A program made the translations under genes and the position numbers. From contig CAVOFT010000001.1 of NCBI GenBank assembly GCA_963695095.1, positions 256,001 through 320,000 of the forward strand: a stretch of 64,000 bases of DNA, written 5' to 3'. The notes beneath the pieces are model-generated. The model was not told where the DNA came from and made no database searches. It saw only the letters and a program-made list of their open reading frames with translations. Shown in pieces: positions 10,195 to 20,698 of this stretch. Each line of letters opens with the position of its first letter. Positions within the stretch are counted from its first letter, which is position 1. The stretch is from an uncultured bacterium. Its GTDB lineage: Bacteria; Krumholzibacteriota; Krumholzibacteriia; JACNKJ01.

Positions 10195-11466
10195 CTACTT
10201 CAGCAACACGAGCCGCTGCTGCACGCACGCCCCCGCCGCCGTCTCCAAGCGCACGAGATAGACGCCGCTGGCGAGGCGCTCCGGTCGCCAGGCGACGCGG
10301 GTCTCGCCCGCGGGCAGCTCGCCCGCGAGCAGCGTCTCGACGGCGCGACCGCGGGCATCGAAGATGCGCAAGGTGGCGCGGCCCGGCGCCGGCAGGCGCA
10401 GGCTCAGGGTCGTGCTCGGATTGAAGGGATTCGGGTGGGCGCTCAGGCGCAGGGCCGCGGCCGGGCTGGCGCCGGCGGCCGTGATCACGTCCTGGTGGCG
10501 ATAGAGCCCGTGCGCGGCGGTGAGCACGTAGAGGCCGTCGTCCCAGGGCGAGTAGGCGAGGTCGATGGGCGTGCCCGGCAGGGCGCCGGTCTCGTCCTCC
10601 CAGCTGTCGCCGAAGCTGCGCGAGAGCAGCACGCGGCCGTCCCAGGTGACCACGGCCAGTGCGTCCGGCGACTGCCACATGCCGCCCGGCACCGGAATGC
10701 CGATGGCGCGCCGGCAGGCGGAGGCGAGGAGCTGCGTCCACTGGCCGGGCACAGTGCTGTAGTAGAGGCCGGGATCGAGGCCGGCGAGCAGGCTCGTGGG
10801 CGGCATGGCGTCGCCGCCGGGATTGACGTAGCGCACGCAGTAGACGCCGTAGCCCGCGGGCAGATTGCCGTTGATGCTCTGCCAGCTGGCGCCTCCATCC
10901 AGGCTCCATTTCACGCCGGCATTGCCGGCGAGCAGCAGTTCGCCGGTCTCGCTTTGATCGAGATCGGTCATTGCGGTGAAGCCGTGGCCGGCCACGGGCG
11001 TCCAGCTCTCTCCGGCGTCGAGGGAGCGCAGCAGCTCGCCCGGCGCGACGTCGGACCAGGTGCAGGCCCAGTGCGCGCCGCCGTCTTGATGGATGAGGTC
11101 GGTCACGCGGCCGCCCGTGGACTCGTAGACCCAGGTCTCGGTGGCGCCGAGGTCGTCGCTGTACTCCAGGTAGCCCTTGAAGAAGGCGTTTTCGCGGCCC
11201 GTGATGACGCGCGAGGGGTTTGCATGGGCATAGTCGATGGCCCAGACCTGGCGGCCGATCCAGCCCTCCCAGTCGCGCTCCGTCCACTGGGCGCTCGCGG
11301 GGTCGTAGTAGTGGAAGCCCTCGTAGGTGCCCACGAACACCCGATCGTGTACTGGATCCACGACCAGGCGGGTGGCGTCGATGCCGGCCATGCCGAGATA
11401 CTCCCAGTCCAGGGCGGCGGCAGGCAGAGCGAGGGCGATGAGAAGGGCGGCGATGAGCGCGCGCAT
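10195..11466 (-). CDS. Secreted BNR/beta-propeller protein with a T9SS/FlgD-type C-terminal domain
   Basis: Repeated S-x-D-x-G-x-[ST]-W Asp-boxes (SDDLGATE, SLDAGESW, SLDGGASW, SRSFGDSW); CTD HPNPFNPSTT...IFDARGRAV...ASGVYLVRL...LVLLK. TATAAT on the minus strand at 11497-11502. Confidence 0.8.
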   Translation of the reverse strand: MRALIAALLIALALPAAALDWEYLGMAGIDATRLVVDPVHDRVFVGTYEGFHYYDPASAQWTERDWEGWIGRQVWAIDYAHANPSRVITGRENAFFKGYLEYSDDLGATETWVYESTGGRVTDLIHQDGGAHWACTWSDVAPGELLRSLDAGESWTPVAGHGFTAMTDLDQSETGELLLAGNAGVKWSLDGGASWQSINGNLPAGYGVYCVRYVNPGGDAMPPTSLLAGLDPGLYYSTVPGQWTQLLASACRRAIGIPVPGGMWQSPDALAVVTWDGRVLLSRSFGDSWEDETGALPGTPIDLAYSPWDDGLYVLTAAHGLYRHQDVITAAGASPAAALRLSAHPNPFNPSTTLSLRLPAPGRATLRIFDARGRAVETLLAGELPAGETRVAWRPERLASGVYLVRLETAAGACVQQRLVLLK

Positions 11467-11560
11467 GGCGGGCCTCCCGGTTGCGGGCCTGCCCTGATTA
11501 TAGCCGCTTTGGGCCTGCGCTGCAGCCCGAACCCGCCCTTGACGGCAGCCGCGTGTCGGG

Positions 11561-12331
11561 CTAGCGCAGCCTGAAGACCACGGGCATCAGCACCCAGACC
11601 TCGATCGGCCGGTTCTGCAGCAGGGCCGGCTGAAAGACGGCCGTGCGCGCGCAGACGAGCGCGGCCTCGTTGAGCATGGGGATGCCGTCCACGATGAGGG
11701 CGTCCTCGATGCGGCCGTCCTTGCCCACCAGCACGCGCACGATGACCGTGCCCTCGACGCCCGCGGAGCGGGCCACATCCGGGTAGATGGGCGCGTCGAT
11801 GCGAATGCGCACGGGATCCTTCTCGACGGCCACGAAGGCGTCGGGGGCCGGCCGCGTGTCGATGTCGACGTTGACGACCAGCGAATCGCCTCCGCCCAGG
11901 TTGAGATCGCTCATCGACACCGGGGCCAGCGCCTCGGACATCTCGCTCACGGTGGCGATGGTCTGCTGCGGCGCTTGCACGTCGGGCACGGGCTCGGGCA
12001 CCCCGATCGAGGGCGGCGGCGCGGCGGCCGCCACGGCCTTGGCGATGTTCAGCTGCGGCGCCGTGGGCCTGGCGATCGAGGGCGGCACGCCGAGATCGGT
12101 GTAGCGCACGATCCTGATCTCCCGCTGTGCGACAGGCGCCGGGCTGCGCCGGGACCAGAGCTGCCAGGCGGCGAAGAGCAGCAGTCCGCAGACGAGGCTG
12201 GCGGCGGCGGCCCAGCCCAGCCAGCGCGCCGCTTCCCGGCGCAGCGGATGGCCCTCGCCGCGGGCCGGCAGGGCCGGCGCGTCGAGCAGGGAGAAGGCCC
12301 AGGGAATGTGGAGCGGGTCCTTGGCGCTCAT
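11561..12331 (-). CDS. tonB: Energy transducer TonB
   Basis: Single TM segment, Pro-rich linker, C-terminal PIYPDVARSAGVEGTVIVRVLVGKDGRI...FQPA. Confidence 0.9.
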   Translation of the reverse strand: MSAKDPLHIPWAFSLLDAPALPARGEGHPLRREAARWLGWAAAASLVCGLLLFAAWQLWSRRSPAPVAQREIRIVRYTDLGVPPSIARPTAPQLNIAKAVAAAAPPPSIGVPEPVPDVQAPQQTIATVSEMSEALAPVSMSDLNLGGGDSLVVNVDIDTRPAPDAFVAVEKDPVRIRIDAPIYPDVARSAGVEGTVIVRVLVGKDGRIEDALIVDGIPMLNEAALVCARTAVFQPALLQNRPIEVWVLMPVVFRLR

Positions 12332-12333
12332 GG

Positions 12334-12834
12334 TCAGGGCCCCCCCTCGAGGAGGCGCATGTCCTCCGCCTGCATGGCGACCAGGCTGAAGCGCTGCATG
12401 TGGACATCCTCGAGCGTGTCCATCATCTCGACCATGCCCTCGTAGCGCGCCTCGCGGTGAATCTTGACGAGGACGATCAGATCGGCGTTCGCGCGCAGGC
12501 CCTCGCTGAAGCGCTCGCCGAGGCCCTCCCAGGCGATCGTCTGCAGGGCGCCCGTGCCCTGGCGAACGAACATGGCCTCGTCACGGTCGATGTAGACCGT
12601 CATCACGTTGGACTCGGGCACTTCGACCTTGGCGCCGGGCGCCGGCATGTTCACCTCCATCGCCAGCGGGCGACGGAACACGGTGGTCACCATGAAGAAG
12701 ATGAGCAGCAGGAAAGCCACATCGACCATGGGCGTCATGTCGATGCGAATCGCCACTCGCCGCCGCGGACGGCGCAGCGCGTACTCGTCCGCCGCGATCG
12801 GTTGATTTGCCTGCTTGGGCTGGATGTCGGCCAC
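12334..12834 (-). CDS. exbD: Biopolymer transporter ExbD (copy 2)
   Basis: IDMTPMVDVAFLLLIFFMVTT; ARYEGMVEMMD. Confidence 0.9.
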   Translation of the reverse strand: MADIQPKQANQPIAADEYALRRPRRRVAIRIDMTPMVDVAFLLLIFFMVTTVFRRPLAMEVNMPAPGAKVEVPESNVMTVYIDRDEAMFVRQGTGALQTIAWEGLGERFSEGLRANADLIVLVKIHREARYEGMVEMMDTLEDVHMQRFSLVAMQAEDMRLLEGGP

Positions 12835-12844
12835 AGCCGCTCCC

Positions 12845-13282
12845 TCAGTTCGTGGCGCCGCCGGGGCGGCGCTGTTTGAGGTCGGTCATCAGGTTGAAGC
12901 GCAGGGTTTTCGACGCCGCCAGGGTGTCCATGACGTCGACCATGGCGCCGAAGGCCGCGTCGCGGTCGCCCTTCACGATGACGACGGCGCTCGGATACTG
13001 GCTGCGCCAGCTGACGATGGCGTCCATCAGATCCGCGGGCGCCACGGCCTCGGCGTCCAGGCCCTGGGAGCTGGAAATGAAGATCTCGCCCGCCTGCGTC
13101 ACCGTGAGCACGATGGTGCCGGAATCGGGCACGTGGATCTCGGAGCTGGAGGCGGGCAGGTTCACCGCCACCGCCTCCGGTGGTTTGAACTGGGTCGTCG
13201 ACATGAAGAAGATGAGCAGCAGGAAAGCCACGTCCACCATGGGCGTCATGTCGATGCGAATGCGGATGCGGTGGGCGGCCAT
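12845..13282 (-). CDS. exbD: Biopolymer transporter ExbD (copy 1)
   Basis: IDMTPMVDVAFLLLIFFMSTT; IVKGDRDAAFGAMVDVMD. Confidence 0.9.
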   Translation of the reverse strand: MAAHRIRIRIDMTPMVDVAFLLLIFFMSTTQFKPPEAVAVNLPASSSEIHVPDSGTIVLTVTQAGEIFISSSQGLDAEAVAPADLMDAIVSWRSQYPSAVVIVKGDRDAAFGAMVDVMDTLAASKTLRFNLMTDLKQRRPGGATN

Positions 13283-13285
13283 CGT

Positions 13286-14011
13286 CTAGGCTCCCTTCCG
13301 GTTCTCCAGGAGCTGCAGCACCTCGTAGGCGGTCTCCTCGGTTTCGGTGTTGAAGCCGTCCACGCGCGTCGTGAAGTAGTTGTAGAGCACGGTGCCGACG
13401 ATGGCGGTGACCAGGCCGAGCGCCGTGTTCACGAGGGCCTCCGAGATGCCGAGGGCGAGCTGGGTGGCGTCCGGCGCGCCGGCGTGCGACATGGCGCGGA
13501 AGGAGCGGATCATGCCGATCGTCGTCCCCAGCAGGCCCACCAGGGTGGCGATGGAGGCCAGCGTGGACAGCGCCGTCAGGTTGCGCTCCAGGAGCGGGCT
13601 CTCCAGGGCACTGGCCTCGTGCAGCGCGCGCCGCGTCTCGCTGATCAGGGCCTCCTGGTCCTTGCTCTCGCCGCGAAAGGCGTGATAGCGCACCAGGCCG
13701 GCGCCGATGACGTTGGCCAGGCAGCCGCCCTGGCGCTTGCAGTTCTCCACGGCCTCCTCGAGGCGGCCGGCCTGCAGGCTCTCCTTGAGCTTGCGCACGA
13801 ACGCCGGGCTGCTGCCGCGGCCCCCGGCGCGCCAGAGCACGAGGAAGCGCTCGAAGGTGAAGGTGATGACCAGGAAGAGGCAGGTCAGGCCGACGATGAT
13901 CAGCGGTCCACCCTGCTTGATGTACTCGGGCGAGTTCATCCAGATGAGCCAGGATGCGAGCACGGAGAGGACGAAAACGGGGATGAGAACCATCTTGTTC
14001 ATGCCAGCCAT
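13286..14011 (-). CDS. exbB: MotA/TolQ/ExbB proton channel
   Basis: IATLVGLLGTTIGMIRSF, GISEALVNTALGL. Confidence 0.92.
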   Translation of the reverse strand: MAGMNKMVLIPVFVLSVLASWLIWMNSPEYIKQGGPLIIVGLTCLFLVITFTFERFLVLWRAGGRGSSPAFVRKLKESLQAGRLEEAVENCKRQGGCLANVIGAGLVRYHAFRGESKDQEALISETRRALHEASALESPLLERNLTALSTLASIATLVGLLGTTIGMIRSFRAMSHAGAPDATQLALGISEALVNTALGLVTAIVGTVLYNYFTTRVDGFNTETEETAYEVLQLLENRKGA

Positions 14012-14061
14012 TCTCCTATCGGGTCAGGACATTGCCTTCGCGGTCGGGCCCGCGCTCGCGC

Positions 14062-15915
14062 CTAGCCATCGGCCGGCCGCGCGTGCTCGGCTTGCTCGAG
14101 GAGCTCGAGCCCCCTCGTCACGGTTGCGTTCTGCGGATCCAGCGCTTGCGCCCGCTGGAAGACGGCCCGGGCGGCGGCGAAGTCCGCCCGGCCCAGGTGG
14201 GCGTTGCCGAGTCCGGCCCAGCCCTCCGCATCTTGCGGATCGATCTCCGTCGCGCGGCGATAGGCGGCGACGGCCGCCTCGTATTGCCCCTGGCGCACGT
14301 GGCAGAAGCCGAGCCCGCGCAGGGCCCTGGCATTGTCGGGCTCCGCGGCCAGGACCAGCCGGTACTGCGCCTCGGCGGCGGCGATGGAGTCGCTGACGGC
14401 ATAGGCCTGCGCGAGCAGCAGCCGGCCGACGCTGAGCTCGGGGTTCAGGGCCAGGGCGCGCTCGAACTCCGGGGCGGCGCCCAGGTAGTCACCCGCCTGG
14501 AAGCGGGCGATGCCGAGATTGATGCGGAAGACCGGGGACTCCGGGTTCATCGTCGCGGCCTCGGCCAGATGTGCGATCGCCTCCGGCAAGCGCTGCTGCT
14601 TCATCGCGGCCAGGCCGAGCTGATAGTGGAGGTCGGCGTTCTCGGAGTCGCGCGCCAGGGCGCGCTCCAGCGCCGCCGACGCCTCGCCGGGCCGGCCGCT
14701 CTCGTCGAGGTAGGCGGCCAGGGCGATGAAGTCCCGGCTCCGCCAGGCCAGGGTATCGGGCAGTGCGGCCATCAGCGCGGCCGCCTCGCGGCGGAGCTCC
14801 GGGTCGCCGGCGTGGATCCCGGAGCGAGCGAGGGCGAAGCTGGCCTCCACGCGCTCGGGCTCCAGATCGCGGGCGGCCCTGGCCGCGCTCACGCCCTGGG
14901 CGTACTGGCCGATCTCGTAGCAGGAGTCCGCCAGATCCAGCTGGGCGGCCACATCCGCCGGCGCGAGCGCCACGTAGCGCAGGTAGACGCGCGCCGCTTG
15001 CTCGTGCTGATCGGCCCGGCGGAGCAACTGGGCCAGATCCTTCAGCGCCGGGGCGTAGGTGGAGTCCGCGGCCGCCGAACGCAGGTAGTAGTCCCGGGCT
15101 TCGTTGAAGCGGCCGACCTGCTGGCAGAGCCGGCCGAGCGCGTGCAACTCGGGCGGCGCGGGCGCGCGGCCGGAGGCCGCCAGGGCCTTTTCGTAGGCGG
15201 CGATCGCCAGGGCGGGCTCGTTGCGCTCCTCGTAGATGCGGCCGACGAGCTCGCCGTGTTCGGGGTCGCCGGGATTCAAGTACAGGGCGAGCAGGGCCTC
15301 GCGCTCGGCCGGCTCCGGTTCCTCGAGGGCCAGATGGTAGAGCGCCATGCCGTGGTGGAAGAGATCCTCGCCGCCGGCAATTCCCTGGCGCCCCTTGCCC
15401 TGATCCAGATGCCGTTTCGCCTCCTGCGGCTTGCCCTGGCCGAGCAGCAGGCGCGCCCGGCCGTAGTTGGCCGTCCAGAGCCGCTCGTCGCCCGCCAGCG
15501 CCCGCGCGATCTCCGACTCGGCCTCCGCGCTGCGACCGAGGCGAAGCAAGAGCAGCCCCAGGCCCGCGCTGGCTTCGGGGTAGGCGCCCCGCGTTCCCTG
15601 CCGCGCCGCGGCCGCCTCGCGGTAGAAGGCCTCGGCCTCCGAGTAGCGCCCCTCGCGCAGGGCCAGCTCGGCGAGTCCGAAGCGGGCGCGATGGACCTGG
15701 TAGTCGTCGGCGATGGCCCGGAGGAACTCGCCGCGCGCGCCGGCCAGCTCGCCGGCCTCCAGGGCCTTGAAGCCGAGACGGATGGGATCCTCGTCGAGGG
15801 CATAGGCCTGACGCTCGGCAGCCCCTGCCGCCACGGCGAGCGCGAGCAGGAGGGCGAGCGCGAGCCAGGGGGCATGTAACCGGTTACCCAGGCGATGCGT
15901 GACTGCGGCCCTCAT
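14062..15915 (-). CDS. Secreted tetratricopeptide-repeat protein
   Basis: Signal peptide followed by many TPR-like repeats (A..NP....LG). The start is uncertain: it could be the ATG at 15875 if a C5 run is miscalled. Confidence 0.85.
   Translation of the reverse strand: MRAAVTHRLGNRLHAPWLALALLLALAVAAGAAERQAYALDEDPIRLGFKALEAGELAGARGEFLRAIADDYQVHRARFGLAELALREGRYSEAEAFYREAAAARQGTRGAYPEASAGLGLLLLRLGRSAEAESEIARALAGDERLWTANYGRARLLLGQGKPQEAKRHLDQGKGRQGIAGGEDLFHHGMALYHLALEEPEPAEREALLALYLNPGDPEHGELVGRIYEERNEPALAIAAYEKALAASGRAPAPPELHALGRLCQQVGRFNEARDYYLRSAAADSTYAPALKDLAQLLRRADQHEQAARVYLRYVALAPADVAAQLDLADSCYEIGQYAQGVSAARAARDLEPERVEASFALARSGIHAGDPELRREAAALMAALPDTLAWRSRDFIALAAYLDESGRPGEASAALERALARDSENADLHYQLGLAAMKQQRLPEAIAHLAEAATMNPESPVFRINLGIARFQAGDYLGAAPEFERALALNPELSVGRLLLAQAYAVSDSIAAAEAQYRLVLAAEPDNARALRGLGFCHVRQGQYEAAVAAYRRATEIDPQDAEGWAGLGNAHLGRADFAAARAVFQRAQALDPQNATVTRGLELLEQAEHARPADG
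15875..15888. promoter_or_regulatory. Candidate LacI-family operator 1
   Basis: TGTAACCGGTTACC, with a perfect 12-bp palindromic core GTAACCGGTTAC; matches the sites at 17030 and 30750. Confidence 0.55.
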
Positions 15916-15927
15916 TCTACTCCCTCG

Positions 15928-16874
15928 TCATCGGTCCGGGGATTCGCGCTCCAGGTGGACTTCCCGCAGGATCCGCCTTGCCGGCAGATAGCCGCTGCGT
16001 TCGATCTGGCGCTGTCCGCGCGCGCTGGTCAGATGCGTCACGAGCTTGGCCGCCTCCAACCTAGCATCCTCGCGATGGCAAATGTACAGGAAATACCAGA
16101 GCGGGTACTCGCCGCTCGCCACTGCGGCGGATTCGGGCAAGTGCGCCGGATCGGCGGCCGTGGCGGCGACGGCGAGCGGGCGCGCCGCCCCTCGGGCAGC
16201 GGGCGGCGGCATCGCCAGGCTCGCCAGGAGGCCGAGGGCCTGCGGCCGATCGGAGAGGCTGCTCAGCACCGCGCGCCGACATCGCCGGCGAAGAGCACCC
16301 GCGGCGAAGCGGCCGCGGCCAGCGGATCCAGGTCGAGGGCGCGCGCGAGGGCGTCCCAGCTGCCACTGGCCGGCGCTTCGGCCACGAGGAGGCCGGCGCC
16401 GAGCGAGTCGCTGTCGGTGAGCAGGGCGCGCAGGGCATCCGCATTCACGCGCGCCGCCGCGGGCGCTGCGCTCCAGAGCTCGAGGGCGCCCAGGGCGATG
16501 GGATGCCAGCTCAGGGTGTCGCCGAGGACCTCCCGGGCCAGAGCCTGGGCGCGGGCGGAAGGCGGCGTCGTCTGCAGGGCGAGGTCGCAGCGGTCGTTGA
16601 GGAGCAGCTCGAGCGCGTGATCGGCGCCGCCGGGCGGCAGGGAGACCGCGACGGCCGGATAGTCCCTCGCATAGAGGGCGAGCAGGGTGTCCACGAGCTG
16701 CGGCGCGAGCGCGCGACCGGCCAGGCGCAGCTCGCCCGCGGGCTCGCGCTGGCCCAGCAGATCGCCCAGGCGCCCCCAGTCCAGGCCGCCCCGCAGCAGA
16801 AAGAGGCCGCCGACGATCAGCAGGTAGATCGCCACGCGGATCAGCAGCCACTGGTTGCGCGTGAAGGCCCGCAT
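15928..16874 (-). CDS. Membrane-anchored PstS-like (PBP2) periplasmic protein (indel near 16272)
   Basis: N-terminal TM segment, GGADHALELLLNDRCDLAL, and in the second frame VASGEYPLWYFLYI...LTSARGQRQIERSGYLPA, a typical PstS-like C-terminus. Confidence 0.7.
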
Positions 16875-17027
16875 GCCTCGCTCGCTCGGTGAAGGCGCTC
16901 GCTTCGCGGTCGCCATCTTGGCCGGCGCGGATTATCCAGTTGATCGGGGAGGAGGCTTGGGTGATCCTGAACGCCTCCCGCATGTCCGCGCCGGAGCCAG
17001 GGATCGTCGAGTTGAGGCCAAGCTAGC

Positions 17028-18517
17028 ATGGAAAACGGTTACATTCCACCGCGAAGACCCGCGATCGGGGGCAGGTTCCCGCCGCGCTCCCTTGGCGCTC
17101 CGGCCCTGCTCTGCCTCGCCCTGCTGCTGGCCGGCGCCTGCTGGAGCGGAAGTTCCCCGGCGGAGCGGCCGGCGCCGAGCGCCGCGGAGAGCGCCTTCCT
17201 CGATACCCTGCAGGCCCGCACCTTTCGCTTCTTCTGGGAGCAGTGCGAGCCCGGCACGCGGCCTGGCGCCGGATCGCTACCCCACGCGGTCCTTCGCCAG
17301 CGTGGCCGCCACGGGCTTCGCGCTCACGGCCTATCCCATCGGCGTGGAGCGCGGCTACGTGGCCCGCGAAGCGGCCGCGGACCGCACGCTGCGGACCCTG
17401 CGCTTCCTCTGCGGCGCGCCGCAGGGGCCCGAGCCCACCGGCCGGGCCGGCCATCGCGGCTTCTTCTATCACTTCCTCGACCCCGCCGCGGGCACCCGCT
17501 TCGGCGGCGTGGAGCTGTCCACCGTCGACACGGCCCTGCTCATCTGGGCGCGCTGTTCTGCCAGTCCTACTTCGATGCCGGGTCGGCGGCGGAAGTGGAG
17601 ATCCGGGCTCTCGCCGATTCGCTCTACCTCCGGGCCGAGTGGGACTGGGCCTCCGTGCGGCCGCCGACCATCGGCCACGGCTGGACGCCGGAGGCCGGCC
17701 ACCTGCCCTACGACTGGCGCGGCTACAACGAGGCGATGCTCGTCTACCTCCTCGCCCTCGGGTCGCCGACGCCACCCCGTCGATCCCGCGGCCTGGCAGG
17801 CCTGGCTCGCCGGCTACCGCTGGGGCGAGTTCATGGGCCGCGAGCATCTCGGCTTCGCGCCGCTCTTCGGCCATCAGTACGCGCAGTCTGGATCGACTTC
17901 CGGGGCATCCGTCGACGCCGGGCTGGCCGCCCACGGCATCGACTACTTCGAGAACTCGCGCCGCGCGACCCTGGCCCAGCACGACTACGCGCTGGCGAAC
18001 CCCGGCGCCTGGCAGGGCTACGGCCCCCGCCTCTGGGGCCTGACCGCCTGCGACGGACCGGTCAACGGCGAGTTCGCGATCGAGGGGCGGCGGCGCCGCT
18101 TCGACACCTACTGGGCCCGGGGCGCCTCCTTCACCGAGGTGAACGACGACGGCACCGTCTGCCCCGCGGCCGCCGGCGGCTCCATCGCCTTCGCCCCGGA
18201 GATCGTCCTCCCGACGCTGATGGCCATGCGCGAGGATCACGGCGAGCATCTCTTCGGCGACTACGGCTTCCTCGATGCGCTCAATCCCAGCTTCCGGCTC
18301 GAGGTGCCCGTGCAGCACGGCCGCGTGGTGCCCGGGGCGGGGCTGGTTCGACACCGACTACCTCGGCATCGATCAGGGCCCGATCCTGGCGATGATCGAG
18401 AACTACCGCAGCGGGCTCGTCTGGGAGCGCATGCGCGGCAGCGCCCACCTGCAGCGCTGCCTGCGGGCGGCGGGCTTCAGCGGCGGCTGGCTGGACCGCG
18501 ACGCGGGCGGGCCCTGA
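17028..18517 (+). CDS. GH144 (glucoamylase-like DUF3131 family) endo-beta-1,2-glucanase-like lipoprotein; several indels
   Basis: Lipobox LLLAGAC. Stitched frames give TFRFFW, SVAATGF, GFFYHFLD, ELSTVDT, YNEAML.Y, LFGHQY, GIDYFENSRRAT, WGLTACDGP, DYLGIDQGPILAMIENYR. Start codon uncertain. Confidence 0.8.
17030..17043. promoter_or_regulatory. Candidate LacI-family operator 2
   Basis: GGAAAACGGTTACA (reverse complement TGTAACCGTTTTCC), 12/14 identical to the site in front of lacI; lies between divergent operons. Confidence 0.65.
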
Positions 18518-19808
18518 TGCGCCGCGGGCGGGCCCTCGCGCTGCTCTGCCTGCTGGCCGTCGGCCTGGCGGACTGCGGGCGGGGCCGCGATGAGGTCGTC
18601 CTCAACTTCTGGGCCATGGGTCGGGAAGGCGAGGTGCTCAGCGAACTCGTGCCCGACTTCGAGCGCGAGCAGCCCGGGCCTCCGCGTCCAGGTCCAGCAG
18701 ATCCCCTGGTCCGCGGCCCACGAGAAGCTGCTCACCGCCCATGTCGGGCGCGCCACCCCCGATCTCGCGCAGCTCGGCAACACCTGGATCGCCGAGTTCC
18801 ACGCCCTCGACGCGCTCGGCCGCCGGTGCCTGCGGATCGCCGAGGCCTTCGCGGCGGCCGGCTACTTCCCCGGCATCTGGGCGACGAACACGATCGCGGG
18901 CCGGCCCTACGGCGTGCCCTGGTACGTCGACACGCGGCTGCTCTTCTACCGCCGGGATCTGCTGGCGCAGGCCGGCTATCCGCAGATGCCCGGGGACTGG
19001 GAAGGCTGGCGGCAGGCCCTCGCGGCGATCACTGCCGGCGGCGGGGCGCGCTACGGCGTCCTGCTGCCGCTGAACGAGTGGGCGGTCCCCGCCGTGCTCG
19101 GGCTTGCAGGCGGGCTCGCCCTTGCTCGGGGAGCAGGGCTCGCGCGGCGCCTTCTCGGGCGCCGCCTTCCGGCGGGGCTTCGATTTCTACCTCGAGCTGT
19201 TCCGGGACGGGCTGGCCCCCCTCGCCGGCAGCCAGGAGATCGCCAACATCTACCAGGAGTTCGCGCGCGGCACCTTCGCGATGATCATCACCGGGCCCTG
19301 GAACCTCGGCGAGTTTCGCCGCCGCCTGCCGCCCGAGCTGCAGGACGCCTGGGCGACGGCGCCTCTGCCCGGACCCGAGGGGCCGGCCTCGGGGCTGTCC
19401 CTGGCCGGCGGCTCGAGCCTCGTGGTCTTCCGCGGCTCGCCCCATCAGGAGGCGGCCTGGCAGTTCGTCGAGTACCTCTCGCGGCCGGAAGTCCAGCAGC
19501 GCTTCTACCAGCTCACCGGGGATCTGCCCGCCCGCCGCGAGGCCTGGGCGGCGCCGGAGATCGCGGCCGACAGCAGCCTGGCCGCCTTCCGCGTCCAGCT
19601 CGAGCGCGTGGTCCCCACGCCCATGATCCCCGAGTGGGAGCAGATCGCCTCCCGCCTGCAGCAGCGCGCCGAGGCCGCCGTGCGCGGCACGCTCACGGCC
19701 GAGGCGGCGCTGGCCGCCCTCGATGCGGACGTGGACCGCCTGCTCGAGAAGCGGCGCTGGCTGATGGCGCGCGGGCTCACCCCCGAGGAGCGGGAGGCCG
19801 GGCCGTGA
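18517..19808 (+). CDS. Sugar ABC transporter substrate-binding lipoprotein (indels ~18675, ~19105)
   Basis: Lipobox GLADC, FWAMGREGE, QQIPWSAAHEKLLTA, PWYVDTRLLFYRRDLL, ITGPWN, LAGGSSL. Confidence 0.88.
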
Positions 19809-20698
19809 GCCGGCAGCCTGTTCGGGCGCCAGAAGAGCGCCGCCTGGATCTTCCTGGCGCCCGCGCTCATCCTGATCGCGGTCTTCTTCCTGCTGCCCAT
19901 CCTGGCCGGCCTGCTGCTCAGCTTCACCGACTTCGACATCTACTCCATCGGCGCGCCGCGGACGGCGCGCTTCGTCGGGCTGGGCAACTACCGGGCGCTG
20001 CTCGGCGGCGGCGAGTTCTGGCAGGCCCTGCGCAACACGCTCTACTTCGTGCTGGTCGGCGGGCCGCTGTCGGTGGCCGTCTCCCTGGGCGCGGCCCTCA
20101 TGCTCAGCGCGCCGCGCCTGCGCCTGCGCAGCCTGTTCCGCACCATCTACTTCGCGCCGGTGGTGACGACGCTGGTGGCCGTGGCCATCGTCTGGCGCTA
20201 TCTCTACCACCCGCACTACGGCCTGCTCAACTACCTGCTCGGCGGGCTGGGCCTGGGCGCCGATCGACTGGCTCGGCGATCCGCACTGGGCCATGCCCGC
20301 CATCATCCTGCTCGCGGTGTGGAAGAACTTCGGCTACAACATGCTCATCTTCGTGGCCGGCCTGCAGAGCATTCCCGAGGAGCTCTACGAGGCGGCCGCC
20401 GTCGACGGCGCCGGCGCCTGGCAGCGCTTTCGCGCACGTCACCCTGCCGGGGCTCGGCCCGGTCTTCCTCTTCGTGGCCGTGACGACGATGATCGGCTAC
20501 TTCCAGCTCTTCGCCGAGCCCTACGTGATGACGCAGGGCGGCCCGCTCGGCGCCACGCGCAGCCTCGTGCTCTTCATGTACGAGGAGGGCTTCCGCTGGT
20601 GGCGGCTGGGCACCGCCGCGGCGATCGCCGTCCTGCTGCTGCTGATCACCCTGGCGGCCACCCTGATCCAGCTTCGCCTGCAGCGAGGGCAGCGATGA
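19805..20698 (+). CDS. Carbohydrate ABC permease 1 (MalF-like; indels ~19830, ~20260, ~20430)
   Basis: AWIFLAPALI, FVGLGNY, WKNFGYNMLIFVAGLQSIPEELYEAAAVDGAG (EAA motif), MTQGGP. Confidence 0.88.
   Translation: MSRQPVRAPEERRLDLPGARAHPDRGLLPAAHPGRPAAQLHRLRHLLHRRAADGALRRAGQLPGAARRRRVLAGPAQHALLRAGRRAAVGGRLPGRGPHAQRAAPAPAQPVPHHLLRAGGDDAGGRGHRLALSLPPALRPAQLPARRAGPGRRSTGSAIRTGPCPPSSCSRCGRTSATTCSSSWPACRAFPRSSTRRPPSTAPAPGSAFAHVTLPGLGPVFLFVAVTTMIGYFQLFAEPYVMTQGGPLGATRSLVLFMYEEGFRWWRLGTAAAIAVLLLLITLAATLIQLRLQRGQR

Noticed and set aside
12690..13265. Near-identical DNA repeat in the two exbD genes as a mobile or regulatory repeat
   Set aside because: It is the conserved coding motif IRIDMTPMVDVAFLLLIFFM of the two paralogues.
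15928..16874. Phosphate ABC transporter
   Set aside because: No pstC, pstA, pstB or phoU nearby; the gene is embedded in a Ton motor operon.
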